This document shows positions 1-13,649 of a DNA stretch of 64,000 nt, piece by piece. This stretch comes from Felis catus. Its lineage: Eukaryota. The position numbers and the translations under genes are program-made. The notes under the pieces were generated by a model. The model saw only the letters and a list, made by a program, of their open reading frames with translations. It ran no database searches and was not told where the DNA came from. Within the stretch, counting starts at the first letter, position 1, and each line of letters begins with the position of its first letter. The stretch is taken from the NCBI RefSeq assembly GCF_018350175.1, contig NC_058368.1:194310001-194374000 (forward strand), in the 5' to 3' direction.

Positions 1-962
1 GACCTAAACAGACATTTTCCCAAAGACGTTCAAATGGACAACACATACATGAAAAGGTTCTCACCATCACAAACCATTAGGGGAATGCAAATCAAAACCA
101 TAATGAGTTATCAATTCAACACCTTAAAATGGCTATTATCACAAAAACAAGGGATAGTAAATGTTGATTAGGATGTGGAGAAAACGGAATCCTTACATGC
201 CATTAGTGATATTGTAAATTGTTACAGCTATTATGGAAAACAGTATGGGAGTTGCTCAAAAAATTAAAAATAGAACTATCTGATGATCCAGGAATCTTAC
301 TCCTGGGTATATATCTGAAGGAAGTGAAATCACTGTCTCAAAGAGATACCTGCCCATGTGCATTACAGCATTATTCACAATAGCCAAGATATGGAAATAA
401 TCTAAATATCTTACCATGATAAATGAATAAAGACATGAGATATGTATGTATGTATATATGTAAATATATATGTGTGTGCGCAAATATAATATGTATTATA
501 TCTAAAGGAATATACAATGTGAGATGTATACATACGTACATATACTATGCACATATACACATGCACACACACAGGAATATTATTCAGCCATTAAAAAGGA
601 CGAAATCTTGTCATTTCCAACAACTTGGATGAAGTTGGAGGACATTACTCTAAGTGAAAATAAGCTGAAGTATCAATTATATGGTATCAATTATATGTGC
701 AATCTAAAAGGCATAACTTGTATGTGGAATTTTTTAAAATGTGGAATTTTCAATTTCGTAGAAACAGAAAAGAATGGTGGTTTCCAGGGGCTGGGGGAAA
801 GGGATAAATGCAGAGAGGTAGGTCAAAGGGTGCAAACTTTCAGTTATAAGACTAAGTTCTGAGGACCTAATGTACGGCATGGTGACCATAGTTAAAAAAT
901 ACAATATTTTACACTTGAACATTAGCTGAGAGTAGATATTAAACATTCACCATATAGACACA

Positions 963-1005
<43 letters not shown>

Positions 1006-1170
1006 TAACTATGTGAGGTGATGGATGTATTAATTATCTTGGTCTTGGTAATCATTCCACTATGTATGTATGTGTGTGAGTGTGTGTGTATGTGTGTGTA
1101 TAAAATCATCAAACTGTATACTTTAAATATACACAACTATATTTGTCAATTAGTACTCAGTAAGGTTAGA
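1..1170 (+). mobile_element. L1 3' portion (ORF2 C-terminus + 3' UTR), old L1MA/MB-like; 5' part lies outside the window
   Basis: Typical L1 motifs: aacagacattttcccaaaga, atgcaaatcaaaaccataatgag, ggaatattattcagccattaaaaagga, ggtgaccatagtt; decayed ORF remnant YYSAIKKDEILSFPTTWMKLEDITLSE. Confidence 0.9.
961..1001. repeat. (CA)n microsatellite inside L1 3' UTR
   Basis: Directly visible. Confidence 0.95.
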
Positions 1171-1399
1171 AAACAAATTTATCATCAGATAATACTAGGG
1201 TTGCACTTTGCCTTAGAATCACAAAGGGAGAAAAAGGAAAGAATCATCTGAAGTTTGCCTTAAGTTACAGGGCGAAGTCTTACTACAAAGATGCTAAAGC
1301 AGGAAAATTCCAGGAATTCACAGGAGAAATGAAGTGCTCAGGGATTGTGGCACACTCTTTTCTTGCTTTCTGTCCAGGTTTTCCACTCCACCTTAGTTC

Positions 1400-2990
1400 C
1401 GCACACACTTACAAAGCCCATGATTTGGATCAATTCTACAATCTTCTCTCTCTGCTCCTCTGATCAGGCCACCCAGCATTGCTGAAGAAATCCAATTCAC
1501 TGTGTAAATTGGCGTCTCTACAACTTCATGAGCTGGGCATATTTACAAGCTTTATGCTTTTTTTGGTCAGCTCACTTTCCCATCCTTTTTGGGGATTTCC
1601 AAGCTTTTCTCACTCTCTTCAAGCCCAACACTCAGCCCTTAGATGGCCGTATCTCCCATTTCATAAAACAACTGAGGCTACCAAAAGTCATTTGTATCAA
1701 CTTCCTACTCTACCCAACCATTAACATGCCTATATCTATACCAATCCTCACCTTCATTACTCTACTCCTTGAAAATAATATGCTGTGGTATTCCCTCTAG
1801 AAGCTGCTCTCTCTTATATTAACATCCCTTTTCCAACCTCTGGTTATATATGTTCAAGTGTAGTCTGAACAACTTCATCTGAATCTCCCATAACTATCTA
1901 AAATGCAGCTGGTCTAAAACTTACATCTCCCCCCACCCTTGCTTTTTCCTACCAAGATTCTCAATCACTTGTTACTACCAAAAAGCTGTAAACCCGAGGG
2001 TCATCCCTGAATTTCATCTTTCTCTCACTTTCACATGCAATAGAATTATTTATCTAATCAATCATTAGGAGTTCTACTGATTTTGGCTTCTAAATACTTC
2101 TTGAATCTGATCTACCTTATTTCTGGATATTATTTCTCTTATGGACAGCACTTCTAGTGATATGGTGGCCTATGGTGCTTTTTTCTCCTTCTGATACTTT
2201 TTCTACCTGGTGCCCACAGGTATTTATATAAAATAAAAATCTGAACATACTGATGCTTTACCTAAAACCCTTCACTGAATACCTACTGACCTACTTTTCC
2301 AACCTCATCTTCCACTAGAGCACTATTCCTTCTTAGAAAAACTCACTCTTAGCCTTCTCTTTTAAGTTTCAGAAAATAAAAATCTATCTATAATTCTCTA
2401 TATATGCCTACATATCTCTGTTCATGCTATTTCCTCTTAATTAAATGTCCCTTAACTGCCCCCTTCCCTCTATAATAATTCTTCATCTAATTTCACTTTC
2501 ATTTTGGAACTTATCTCAGACATCACTTCCTTTAGGAAGACTTTGGTAAGCATCATTACTGATAGACTAGGTTATATGACTTGTATTCTGACTTGTATAT
2601 GACTTGTATTCCCATAGTACATACTATGTGATTTCATCACTATTCTCACACAGTATTCAACTTTCCCCTCTCCTCTGCAATCCAATTTTTAGAGAACAGT
2701 GAAACTATATCCCCAGTCCAGTCTGTCACCTGCTTTAGTAAATAAAGTTTTATTGGAAGACAGCCATGTCCATTCATATACTTATTGTCAGTGTGCTTTT
2801 GCACTACAACAGCAGGGTTGAGTGGCTGTGACAGAGACCATATGGCCTGAAAAGCCTAAAATATTTACTATCTGGCCTTTTGCAGAAAAAATATCTGTCA
2901 ACCTCTATCTTTGAGGAAGCAACTCTTTCTCATGGACTTTTGTATCCCATTACCTTATCAAAACTATTGCATAGTGTAAAAAGTTTGATA
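1400..2990 (+). mobile_element. L2 LINE relic, interrupted by MER58
   Basis: Pyrimidine-rich with L2-like blocks (ggtcatccctgaatttcatctttctctcac, catcacttcctttaggaagact); highly diverged. Confidence 0.6.
2700..2906. mobile_element. MER58-like hAT-Charlie MITE
   Basis: gtaaataaagttttattggaagacagccat...gagaccatatggcctgaaaagcctaaaatatttactatctggcctttt resembles MER58A. Confidence 0.85.
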
Positions 2991-3344
2991 TTGCTTAAAG
3001 AAATGTTACCAAATAATTAAAGGTAGTTCTGAAGTTTCTCAGCCAATTACATTAATTAGTGATCTACCTATAGGACCTATTCGAGATCAAATTTTGAGGT
3101 TGAAATATTTAATGCAATTCTAATGACATAAGGGTCCTATGTAGGTATTTTAGCAGGAATCCTTAAGAAATCTATTTTGAATATTGATTTTAATGACACT
3201 GAGCACCTTATAACAAGTACTTTCTGTCTTTCTCTCTCTCTCTCTCTTAAAGAAAGTAAAAATATTCTCAGGTGAAAGAAAATTTTAAAAACTGTTGCTT
3301 TAAAATACTTGCTTAAAAAAGAAAAGTAACTAATGCAATTATTG

Positions 3345-3621
3345 AGTCACCTTGGCGGCCAACTCTTGGTTTCAGCTCAGGTCATAATCTCAAGGTTTGT
3401 GAGTTGGGAGTCCCAGGTCGGGCTATGCGCCAACAGCATGAGGCCATTTGGGATTCTGTCTCCTGTTTACTCTCTCTGTCCCTCCTCCACTCTCTTTCTC
3501 TCTCTCGAAATAAATAATAAATTTTAAATTAGTGTAAAATATTTGGGATCTCATGATCTCACAGTTCATGGAATCAAGCCCTGCATTGGACTCCATGCTG
3601 ACAGAGTGCAGCCTGCTTGGG

Positions 3622-3674
<53 letters not shown>

Positions 3675-3686
3675 ATAAATTTAAAA
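3345..3686 (+). mobile_element. Two adjacent 5'-damaged Can-SINEs (~3345-3525 and ~3546-3686, the latter with long (CT)n)
   Basis: ttcagctcaggtcataatctc and catgatctcacagttcatgg cores, (CT)n and AAATAAAT tails. Confidence 0.85.
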
Positions 3687-3950
3687 GAATAGTTGCTCAT
3701 GAAAGATCTTCAGACAGAAGGAAAATTATACAGAAAGAAAACTGGGAATATCACGAATGAATGAAGAGCAGCTAAAACAGTAAATTTACACACGATAAGT
3801 ATATACTACTAAGTTTCCATTGAGTTTTTAAATATAAATTTGACTATTTAAAGTTGAAAGTTTAACATTGTCTAGAAGGGTTTTCCAGGGAGGTATATGT
3901 AATCAATAAGAAAACTGCAACATTAAGAGGGTGGGAAAGGAACTCTATAT

Positions 3951-4786
3951 GAATGGTTGCCTTTTAGTTTTGTTGATTGTTTCCTTTGCTGTGCAGAAGC
4001 TTTTTATCTTCATGAGGTCCCAATAGTTCATTTTTTTCTTTTAATTCCCTTGCCTTTGGGGATGTGTCAACTAAGAAATTGCTGAGGCTGAGGTCAGAGA
4101 GGTTTTTTTCCTGCTTTCTCCTTTGTTTCCTGCTTTCTCTTCTTTGTTTTTGTGAATGGTGTAAGAAAGTGGTCTAGTTTCATCCTTCTGCATGTTACTG
4201 TCCAGTTTTCCCAGTACCATTTGCTAAAGAGACTTTTTTCCATTGGATACTCTTTCCTGCTTTGTCAAAGATTAGTTGGCCATACATTTGTGGGTCCAAT
4301 TCTGGGGTCTCTATTCTATTCCATTGGTCTATATGTCTGTTTTTGCACCAATACCATACTGTCTTGGTGACTGAAGCTTTGTAGTTCAGGTAAAGTCTGG
4401 GATTATGATGCCTTCCACTTTGGTTTTCTTTTTCAACATTACTTTGGCTATTCGGGGTCTTTTGTGGTTCCATACAAATTTTAAGATTGTTTGTTCTAGC
4501 CCTGAGAAGAATGACAGTGCAATTTTGATTGGGATTGCATTGAATGTGTAGATTGCTTTGGGTAGTATAAATATTTTAACAATATTTGTTCTTCCAATTC
4601 ATGAGCATGGAAAACTTCAGTTTATTTCATAAGTTTTCTATGGTGTTCAGCATACAAATCTTTTACATCTTTGGTTAGGTTTATTCCTAGGCATTTTATG
4701 GTTCTTGGTGCAACTGTAAATGGGATTGATTTCTTGATCTCTTTTCCTGTTACTTCATTATTGGTGTATAGAAATTCAACTGATTT
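3951..4786 (-). mobile_element. Carnivore L1 ORF2 fragment, antisense
   Basis: Minus ORF 4195-4473 contains [28 protein letters not shown]...YGQLIFDK, a classic L1 ORF2 segment. Confidence 0.92.
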
Positions 4787-4844
4787 GAGAAACTTATTTC
4801 AAATGTAATGATGTAAGCAGTTTAAAAATCAAAAGGATGAAAAG

Positions 4845-6083
4845 AAATGGTACTGGGAGAACTGGACAGCGACATGCAGAGAATGAAACTAGACCACTTT
4901 TTTACACCACACACAAAAATAAATTCAAAATGGATGCAAGACCTAAATGTGAGATAGGAAACCATCAAAATCTTACAGGAGAAAACAAGTAGCAACCTCT
5001 TTGACCTGGGTCACAGCAACTTCTTACTAGACATGTCTCCCTAGGCAAGGGACATAAAAGTAACAATGAACTATTGAGACCTCATCAAGATATAGAGTTT
5101 CTACACAGTGAAGGAAACAATCAACAAAACTAAAAGGCGACTGATGGAATGGGAGAAGATATTTGCAAATGACTTATCAGATAAAGGTTAGTATCCAGAA
5201 TGTATAAAGAACTTACAAACTCAACACCTGAAAAAAAATAATAATCCAGTGAAGAAATGGGCAGAAGACATGAATAGACACTTTTCCAAAGACATCCAGA
5301 TGGCTAACAGACACGTGAAAAGATACCCAACATCACTCATCATCAGGGAAATACAAATCAAAACCTCACATCTGACAAAATTGCTAAAATGAATGACTCA
5401 GGAAACAACAGATGTTGGCGAGGATGTGGAGAAAGGGAAACCCTTTTGCATTGCTGCTAGAATGCAAACTGGTGTAGCCACTCTGGAAAACAGCATGGAG
5501 TTTCCTCAAAAAGTTAAAAATAGAACTATCCTACAACCCAGAAATTACACTGCTAGGTAATGATCCAAAGGATACAAAAATGCTGATTCAAAGGGGCACA
5601 TGCACCCCAATGTTTATGGCAGCACTAATGACAATAGTCAAATTATGCATAGAGCCCAGATGTCTATTGACCTACAAATTGATAAAGAATACGTGGTATA
5701 TATATACAATGGGATATTACTCAGTGATCAAAAAGAATGAAATCTTGCCATTTGAAACAACATGTATGGAACTCGAGGGTATTATGCTAAGTGAAAAAGT
5801 CAGTCAAAGAAAGACAAATAGCATATGATTTCACTCAAATGTGGAATTTGAGAAACAAAACAAAGGAGCAAGGGGAGATAAAAAGAGAGAGCAGCAAACC
5901 AAGAAACTGACTCTTAACTATAGAGAACAAATTGATGGTTAAAATCAGTGTGGAATTTGTGAATCACTATATTGTACAACTGAAACTAATATTACAATGT
6001 ATGTTAAGTAACTGGAGTTTAAATAAAATAAAATAAAATAAAATAAAATAAAATAAAATAAAATAAAATAAAATAAAATAAAA
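4845..6083 (+). mobile_element. 5'-truncated carnivore L1 with (AAATA)n tail
   Basis: ORF2 C-terminus (CTPMFMAALMTI...WYIYTMGYYSVIKKNEILPF), 3' UTR, (AAATA)n at ~6021-6083. Confidence 0.92.
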
Positions 6084-6682
6084 AAGATTTAAACAACAAT
6101 CCTAATTATATATAGACTTAATAGAGCTTAAAAAATGAAGCAAAAGTTAACAGAACTGAAAGGATAAACAGACAAATCCACAATTATACTTGGTGACTTC
6201 AACACTCCCCTCTGAGTAACCGAATAGATGATACAGTGGTTAGGATATAGAAGAACTAGGCTATATCACCAACCAATTGAGTTTAATTGACATTTTTACA
6301 ACACTTGACCCAAAAATAGCACATATACTCTTTTCAAGTACACATAAGAATGTACACCAAGATGGACCAGATCTCAGATTACAAAACAACCTCAGCAAAT
6401 TTTAAAGAATTGAAATTGTATAAAGCATTTTCTATGACTATAATGGAAGTAAACTAGATTTGAATTACAGAAGGATAGTAATAAAATCTCTAAACACTTA
6501 AGAATTAAACAACACACTTTTAAATAATCCATGGATCAAACAAAGTCTCCAAGGAAATTAGAAAATATCATGAATAAAACAAAAATGAAAATACAATATT
6601 CCAAAGTCTGTGCAATTCAGCTAAAACATTGCTAAGTTAAATGTACACTGTCAAATTCTTATATTAGAAAAAAATGGTCCCA

Positions 6683-6890
6683 GGGCACCTGGGTGGCTTA
6701 GTTGATTGAGTTTCCAACTCTTGATTTTGGCTCAGGTCATGATGTCGTAGTTCATGGGATTGAGCCCGTGTTGGGTTCCACACTAAAAGTGTAGAGCGTG
6801 CTTGGGATTCTCTCTGGCTTGCTATCTCTGCCCCTCCCTCACTCACACTCTCTGTCTTTCTCTCTCAAATAAACATTTTTTAAAAAGAAA
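6683..6890 (+). mobile_element. Can-SINE
   Basis: gggcacctgggtggcttag head, CT-rich region, A tail; degenerate TSD aaaaatggtccca / aaaacttgtccca. Confidence 0.92.
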
Positions 6891-7185
6891 AGAAAACTTG
6901 TCCCAAATCACTAAACCAAACGTTCATTTTAAGAAGCTACAAAAATAAGAATAAGCATAGGAGGGAAATGACAAAGGTAAGAGAAGTCCATGGAATATAA
7001 ACATAAACATAATAGAGAAAACCAATGACACTAATAGCTACTTCTTTGGAAAGATCTATAAAACTGACAAACTTCTGACAAAACAGAAAGAGAGAGAAAG
7101 CCTATTAAAAAAACAACATTCATTCATTGTAACATTCTAAGCAAAGTAGGAATATAAGGGAACTTAATGTAATAAAGGTTGTGTG

Positions 7186-7223
<38 letters not shown>

Positions 7224-9009
7224 CCTACGGCTAATATATTTAATAGCATATTATGATAGCAAGAATGAAAGTGGAGATTACAGTACAGATTCTTCAGGTA
7301 TTGAGATAAGGAAATATTACTATGAATATTACTATGTATATCAATTTAACAACTTGAATAAAATTGACCAATTCCTTAAAAAAATAAAAAACTACTAAAA
7401 AGATCGAACAGGTAAACTGAATAGCTCTAGAATCATTAAAGAAATTGAATTCCTAGTTTAAAATCTTTAGAAACAGAAGTTTCCAGGACCAAAATATTTC
7501 TTTGGTGAATTCTGCCCAAAATTACATGAACAGGTAATATTAATTCCACAGAATATTTCCAGAAAGCTGAATATAAGGGAGCAATTTTCCGTTCATTATA
7601 TAAGATCTGCATTACCCTAATATCTAAACAAGGCAATGACATTGATTACCTCCCGCCATGAACTCTACAACACTCAGGGTATACACCATTCAAAACTATG
7701 GAAATCATATTTTCTGCCTATTTTACATTAATAAATTTATTAATATAATAATTTTTGAAAACAATTACAGTTTAAGAAAACCAAAAACCAATATCCACCA
7801 TAAACATAAAAACCCTTTACCAAATGTTAGCAAATCCAATTCAACACTATGTAAAAAGAATGATACACCACAATTAAGCAGGGTTTATCACAAGCATGCA
7901 CTGTTGGTTCAATATTTGAAAATCAACCAATGTAATCCACCATATTAACGGTCTAAAGAATAAAAGCTACAAGATAAATATAAATTGACATAGACAAAGC
8001 ATATTAAAAAATCAACATTCATTCATGATAACACTCTAAGCAAAGTAGGAATATAAGAGAACTTCTTCAACCTAATAGTGTGTGTGTGTACCTATAGCTA
8101 ATATCATATTTAATAGGAAGGGCAGAATGGTTTTTCCCTACAAAAGGGAATATGGAATGAATGTTGACTCTCACCACTTCTATTCAGCCTCATAATAGAA
8201 GTCCTAGCCAGTGAAATAAGCTTAGAATAAGAAATAAAATTCATATAGATTGGAAAGGAAGATGATTGTAGAAAATCCCAAGAATCCACAAAAACTTCTT
8301 AGAACTAATCATTGATTTTAGGTCACAAGATACAAGGCAACACACAAAAATCAATTGTTTTTCTACATATTAACATTGGACAATTGGGAATAGATTTTTT
8401 TAAAATGTATGAGTTCCAAAATAATGAAATACCTCAGTATAAATCTAACAAAACATGTACAGTACCTGTATGCCAAACATAACAAAATGTTGGTGAAATA
8501 AAATTTAGAAACCTAAGTAAATGGAGAGACATAGGATGTTCACGGATTGCAAGACTTATAAAGATACTAATTCTCCCCAAATTGATCTATACATTTAACA
8601 CAGTTCCAAATAAAATTCCACCAGGGTTTTCTATAGATATAGACTAGCTTATTCCAACATTTATATGGAGATGTATTAAGAGTAACCAAAAGAAATTTGA
8701 ATTAGAAAAATAAAGTTGGAGAAATAACACTACTAAATTTTAAGCTTACTATAAAGTTATAGTAATCAAGACAGTGTGGAATTGACAAAAGTGTAAACAA
8801 ATAGGACAGAATCCAGAAACACACCAGCACAGATATGGCTAAAATGTGCACAGGCAAATCAACAGAGGAAAGATAGTCTTTTCAACAAATGGTGCCAGAA
8901 CACTCGACAGCCATCTAATAACAGCAACAAAAAACTTACCTCACTTGAATGTCACACTTAATACAGACACTAATCCAACATAAATTATAGATCTAAGCAT
9001 AATATAAAT

Positions 9010-9682
9010 ACAACGGAATATTGCTCAGCCATCAAAAAGAACAAAATCCTGCCATTCACAATGATATGGATGGAGGTAGAATGTACTATACTAAATGAAA
9101 CAAGTCAGAGAGAAACAATTACCATATGCTTTCACTCACATGTGGAATTTAAGAACCAGGGGTGCCTGCATGGCTCAGTTGGTTAAGCATTCAATTTCAG
9201 CGCAGGTCATGATCTTGTGGGTCGTGGGTTTGAGCCCCACGTTGGGCTCTGTGCTGACAGCTCAGAGCCTGGAGTCTGCTTTGGGCTCTGTGTCTCCCCC
9301 TCGGTTCCCGCCTCACTCACTCTCTGTCTCTGTCTCCCTCTCTATCAAAAATAAATATTTTTAAGTATTAAAATAAGGAAACAAAACAGATGAACATATG
9401 GAAGGGGAGGGAAGGATAGAGGGAAACAAATCACAAGAGACTCAAAGATAAAGAACAAACTGAGGGTTGATGGAGGGAGGTGGGAGGGAGATGGACTAGA
9501 TGGATGATGGGTGTTAAAGGGGGCACTTGTTATGATGACCACTGGGTTTTATATATAAGCGATAAATCACTGAATTCTACTCCTGAAACCAATATTGCAC
9601 TGTATGTGAACCAAAAGAAAAACCAAAAGAAATTCGAATTAGAACAAATTTTAACTGAAATTTAAATAAAATAAATAAATAA
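9010..9682 (+). mobile_element. Carnivore L1 3' end, interrupted by a SINE
   Basis: ggaatattgctcagccatcaaaaaga...aacaaactgagggttgatggaggga...taaatcactgaattctactcctgaaacc, A-rich tail. Confidence 0.9.
9159..9370 (+). mobile_element. Can-SINE within L1 3' UTR
   Basis: ggggtgcctgcatggctcagttggttaag head through aaaataaata tail. Confidence 0.93.
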
Positions 9683-9924
9683 ATATAGAAATATAAAACT
9701 ATGTATTTTTCAGAAGAAAACATAAAACAAAAATCTTCATGACCTTGGGTTAGGCAAACAGTTATTTTTAAAATAGTGTTATTTCAATCAATGTAATGAA
9801 TCAATTTATTTTAATTAATCTAATCAAGTATAGCTTATTACTGGTATAATAATTATAAATTAATGTGATTACTCTAAATAGTGTTTTTGAGATACACAAG
9901 ATAATAAAATACAAATTTATGATG

Positions 9925-10118
9925 TATAATTTACTTAATATAAAATTCACCCAAAAGATACAAATTCAAAGACTTTTAGTATATACACAGAGTTTTGAGA
10001 TTATCACCATAATCTAATTTGGAACATATTCATCACTCTAAAAATAAATTGTGTACCTATTCACAGTCCCTTTGCATTCCTTTCCATCTCCCCAGCCTTA
10101 CACATTCACTAATCTTTC
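9925..10118 (-). mobile_element. Old L1 (L1MB-like) 3' end, antisense
   Basis: taaaattcaccc...ttttagtatatacacagag...atcaccataatctaatttggaacatattcatcactc. Confidence 0.7.
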
Positions 10119-10654
10119 TTAGACAGAATTCTTACACAACTCTAAAAACATGGTCCATAAGAGAAAACACAGACAATTTACACTTCATCAAAATTAAAAA
10201 TTGATGGTTTGCATTGGACAGACACTATATAAAGAATGAAAAGATTGGGAGAAAATAGTTGCAAATTATATTTCTAACAAAGAGCTTGAATACAGAATAT
10301 ACAGAGATCCTTCTAAATTCAACAGTAAGAAAGCAAAAAACCCAAATAAAAACGGGCAAAAGATTTGAACAGATACTTCGTCAAAGAAGATGTACAGATG
10401 GCAAATATTCACATGAAAGGCATGTTATCCATCACAGAAATGTAAAACAATTTTCCAGTTTCTTATTAAGTTAACCATATACTTACCATATGCCCAGAAG
10501 TACAAGTTCTAAATATTTACCTTAAAGAAATGAAAACTGACATTCATATCAAAACCTATACACAAATGTTTATAGCAAATCTATTCACAATCACAGAAGG
10601 GAAACAATCTAAATGTCTTTTAGTAACTGAATAGAGGGCTACTACTACTGTTCA

Positions 10655-10786
10655 ATATATATCTATATCTATATCTGTATATGTAGATATATATAGATAT
10701 AGATATATTTAGATATAGATGGAGAGAGAGAGATAATAGGTAGGTAGGTAGGTAGGTAGGTAGGTAGGTAGATAGACAGACAGACT
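10655..10786. repeat. Compound microsatellite (TA/TAGA, GA, TAGG, GACA)
   Basis: Directly visible; (TAGG)n at ~10737-10770. Confidence 0.9.
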
Positions 10787-11910
10787 GATTTAACCATTTG
10801 GATGAATCTCAAAGACATTATGCTGAGCCAAAGAGGCCAGTCTAAAAAACGTACATTCCATGTTATGCCAATTGTATATCATTCTTATGAACACTATAGT
10901 GATAGAGAACAGATCAATGGTTGCTAAGGGTTAGGAGTGTGAGACAGGTATGAATAACAAGGAATAATATGAAGGAGTTTCATAGGGTAATAGAACTGTT
11001 TTATACCCTGATTTTGGTAGTGGCTACACGAACCTATAGATTTATAGAACTATATATAGACAAAATTCAACTTTACTGTAAATTAATTTAAAAATTATAC
11101 TGAAACACAAAAAGAAAATAAAAGACAAGCAAAAGCATATCAAATATGAAAAACAACCACTAGCTTTTCCCACCTATCTGATTCCCTCCCCCCAAAACAA
11201 AAACCTACACATTCTTTCCTCCTCAATGCTGGGCTTTTATTCATTTGTTTATGTTCATTTATGTTATGCTCACTTATGAATGTTTATATAGCAAATATTA
11301 TGTGAAGAAAAAAGAGTATTCACTTCTGGTTGGAGAAAATCTAGAAAGAACATGGAAAGTTCTATGGAAAAGGTGGTACATTAACTACATACTGAGAAAC
11401 AGAATTTTACTAAGAAGAGATAGAAGGAAAAAATTGGACATCTCTTTGTTTAAAACCAGAAAATAACCTGTCTCATTTGAGGAAGTTTCACTTTTTGGAA
11501 CCTAGAATAGAGCTAATTTGGAGATTACCAAGAGAATTAATTCAGCTAAGCTAGATTGAGGACAGATCATGAAAACCTTGAATGCCAGACAAAGGTGTTT
11601 ATACTTAATTTATATGCTATCTTCCTGGCAATAAAGAGCATCTCATATCCTATTCCTTGCCCTTATCATATGGGTCTTATTTAAAGGAGATTTTACATCA
11701 TTAAAGCCAACAGTAAGTGTTAGAAGACGGATTCCAGTATTTACTTAATCACTTATTTATCATATGATCTTTAGCAAATTAACTTCAGCATCTCCTTTTA
11801 CCATACATAACATACCAGAAAAATATGCCAGTCTTTCCTATTTTGTTAAGTTTATCTGACAAATGAACCTGAAAATAATGAGAAGGGAATTTTTAAAGTG
11901 TAGTGTAACT

Positions 11911-12098
11911 CATTTTCTCAAGGTGTGGTCCTTGGGTCACCAACATTAGCAAAACCTGGGAACTTTGTATAAATACAAATTCTCACACCCTACCCCAGAC
12001 TTACTGTATCAGAAAGGCTGAGGGTGATGGCCAGCAGCAGTGTACGTTTAACAAGCCCTCTCCATTATTCTGATGTGTGCTAAAGCTTGAGAACCACT
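11911..12098. mobile_element. MER5A hAT-Charlie MITE
   Basis: ttctcaaggtgtggtcc...aaatacaaattctc...ccccagacttactgtatcagaaa...tttaacaagccctc...ttgagaaccact. Confidence 0.88.
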
Positions 12099-13649
12099 AA
12101 TATAAAATATTATACAAATATACTCAAGCGCCATTAAACTCAAATGGCATGTCTCAGTCCACTCTCAACATTATAATCTCATGAAGGGACAATGTCTTAT
12201 TTGTAGACAGAAAACCACATATTCTTCAGTGGCATTTTGCTTTTTTCAACATCTAAGGCTGATTTTCCTAGAGGAATAATTATTTTCAGAAATACTCAGC
12301 ACTCTATATCAGAAGGTCCAAGAATGATTTCTTCAAGAGAAAAAAAAGGAATTTTTCTTCACTGATTTATATTTTGATAAAGCAATTCTGCTTGTGAGAA
12401 TTGATGTCAGCACACTGACCCACAGTCACAATAAATTTGTGTCAATTCACTCAATGAATCATCTCTAATGTCAACATTTTCCCCTATACCCAAATGCTCT
12501 TAAGCATTATAAATCCCTGCTGCAAAAAGGATGAACAACAAAAACATTGCTAGTCAAAGGACAAGGCACAACTGACAAGGAGGTAGCAAGGATACCTTTC
12601 TCTCTCACTACAAAATAATAAACAATATATATTTCTGTATAACATATTTCAATATGAAATATCACCCAAATAAATAATTGAAATAGATCACTAATGCCTC
12701 ACTCAACAATTAGAAAACAGTGAGCTTGTTATTGTCCTAATCTATATCTTCTTTCACTGATTCAGAACCTTTTTTCTGTCATTCGCTTGGTTCAAGATAT
12801 CACCATCACCATAAAATATCAGCTCTGTCCCTGAATCTGAGACTTCCCTCTAGGCCAACCTGGTCAATATTAACTCTAGAAAACACTCGAATTTAGAAAT
12901 CACTTGTTTTTGAACTCTACTTCTATCAGGATATAAGAAAACCAACAGGTGGAGTCTATTGACCAAGTACCAAGTTCAGCCATGAACTATGTGCTATAAT
13001 TACAGTCTTAGGCTTCAGTTTTATATCTATAAAAGAGGAACTAATAACTTCTATGGAAAGGGGTCTCATAATTTTTTTTATAACCATGCTTTATTTTAAT
13101 GCTCCTTCACGGTTTCCCACAAAACATTCAGTTCCCTATTCTGCCCACATTAGCCCTGTCTCCAAAAGAAATAAATCAAATGAATCATTGCTATTTAGGC
13201 CAGAGGTCACAAATTCAAATGCCTGCAGGTTAATAAAGTTATCATAATGCTTGCTGGATATACACAAATGTGTACTAACCAGCTTGTCCTGCAACCAAGC
13301 AAAACACTAGTTAGATTATCTTTAAAAATCTATATAAGGGCATATGTAATAAAATGCCCAGATAAAACACCTGTACTAGCTGTAAAACTTTGAAGCCATC
13401 AGTTTGAATTCCTCAGTTTATTATTAATTCTTGAGTACTTCATACCATAGTCACTGTCAACTTAAGGCCCTATCATTTCTTTCATAGTTAAAATACAAAA
13501 TTACTACGTAGGTAAAATGATGCTTCACCATGACTCATTACTGTTTATTTAAGTATTGTCTATTTGTCAAAGATCCTCTCAAATGCCAACTTGTACAATT
13601 TTTGTTTTCCTATCAAAATTTATCTCTTTGGTTTATATCCCTATTACAT

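Larger units (their letters stand above)
3690..11095 (+). mobile_element. Old L1 (L1MC/MD-like), inter-ORF region to 3' UTR, fragmented by younger L1s and SINEs
   Basis: Collinear ORF2 remnants: EN start ~4790-4845, GDFN codons ggtgacttcaac ~6192, RT region 7300-8900; 3' UTR gatgaatctcaaagacattatgctgag...ggtagtggctacacgaacctata ending in an A-rich tail. Confidence 0.8.

Noticed and set aside
3951..6083. Single twin-primed (5'-inverted) L1
   Set aside because: The two arms overlap by roughly 300 bp of ORF2 and are separated by older host L1 sequence
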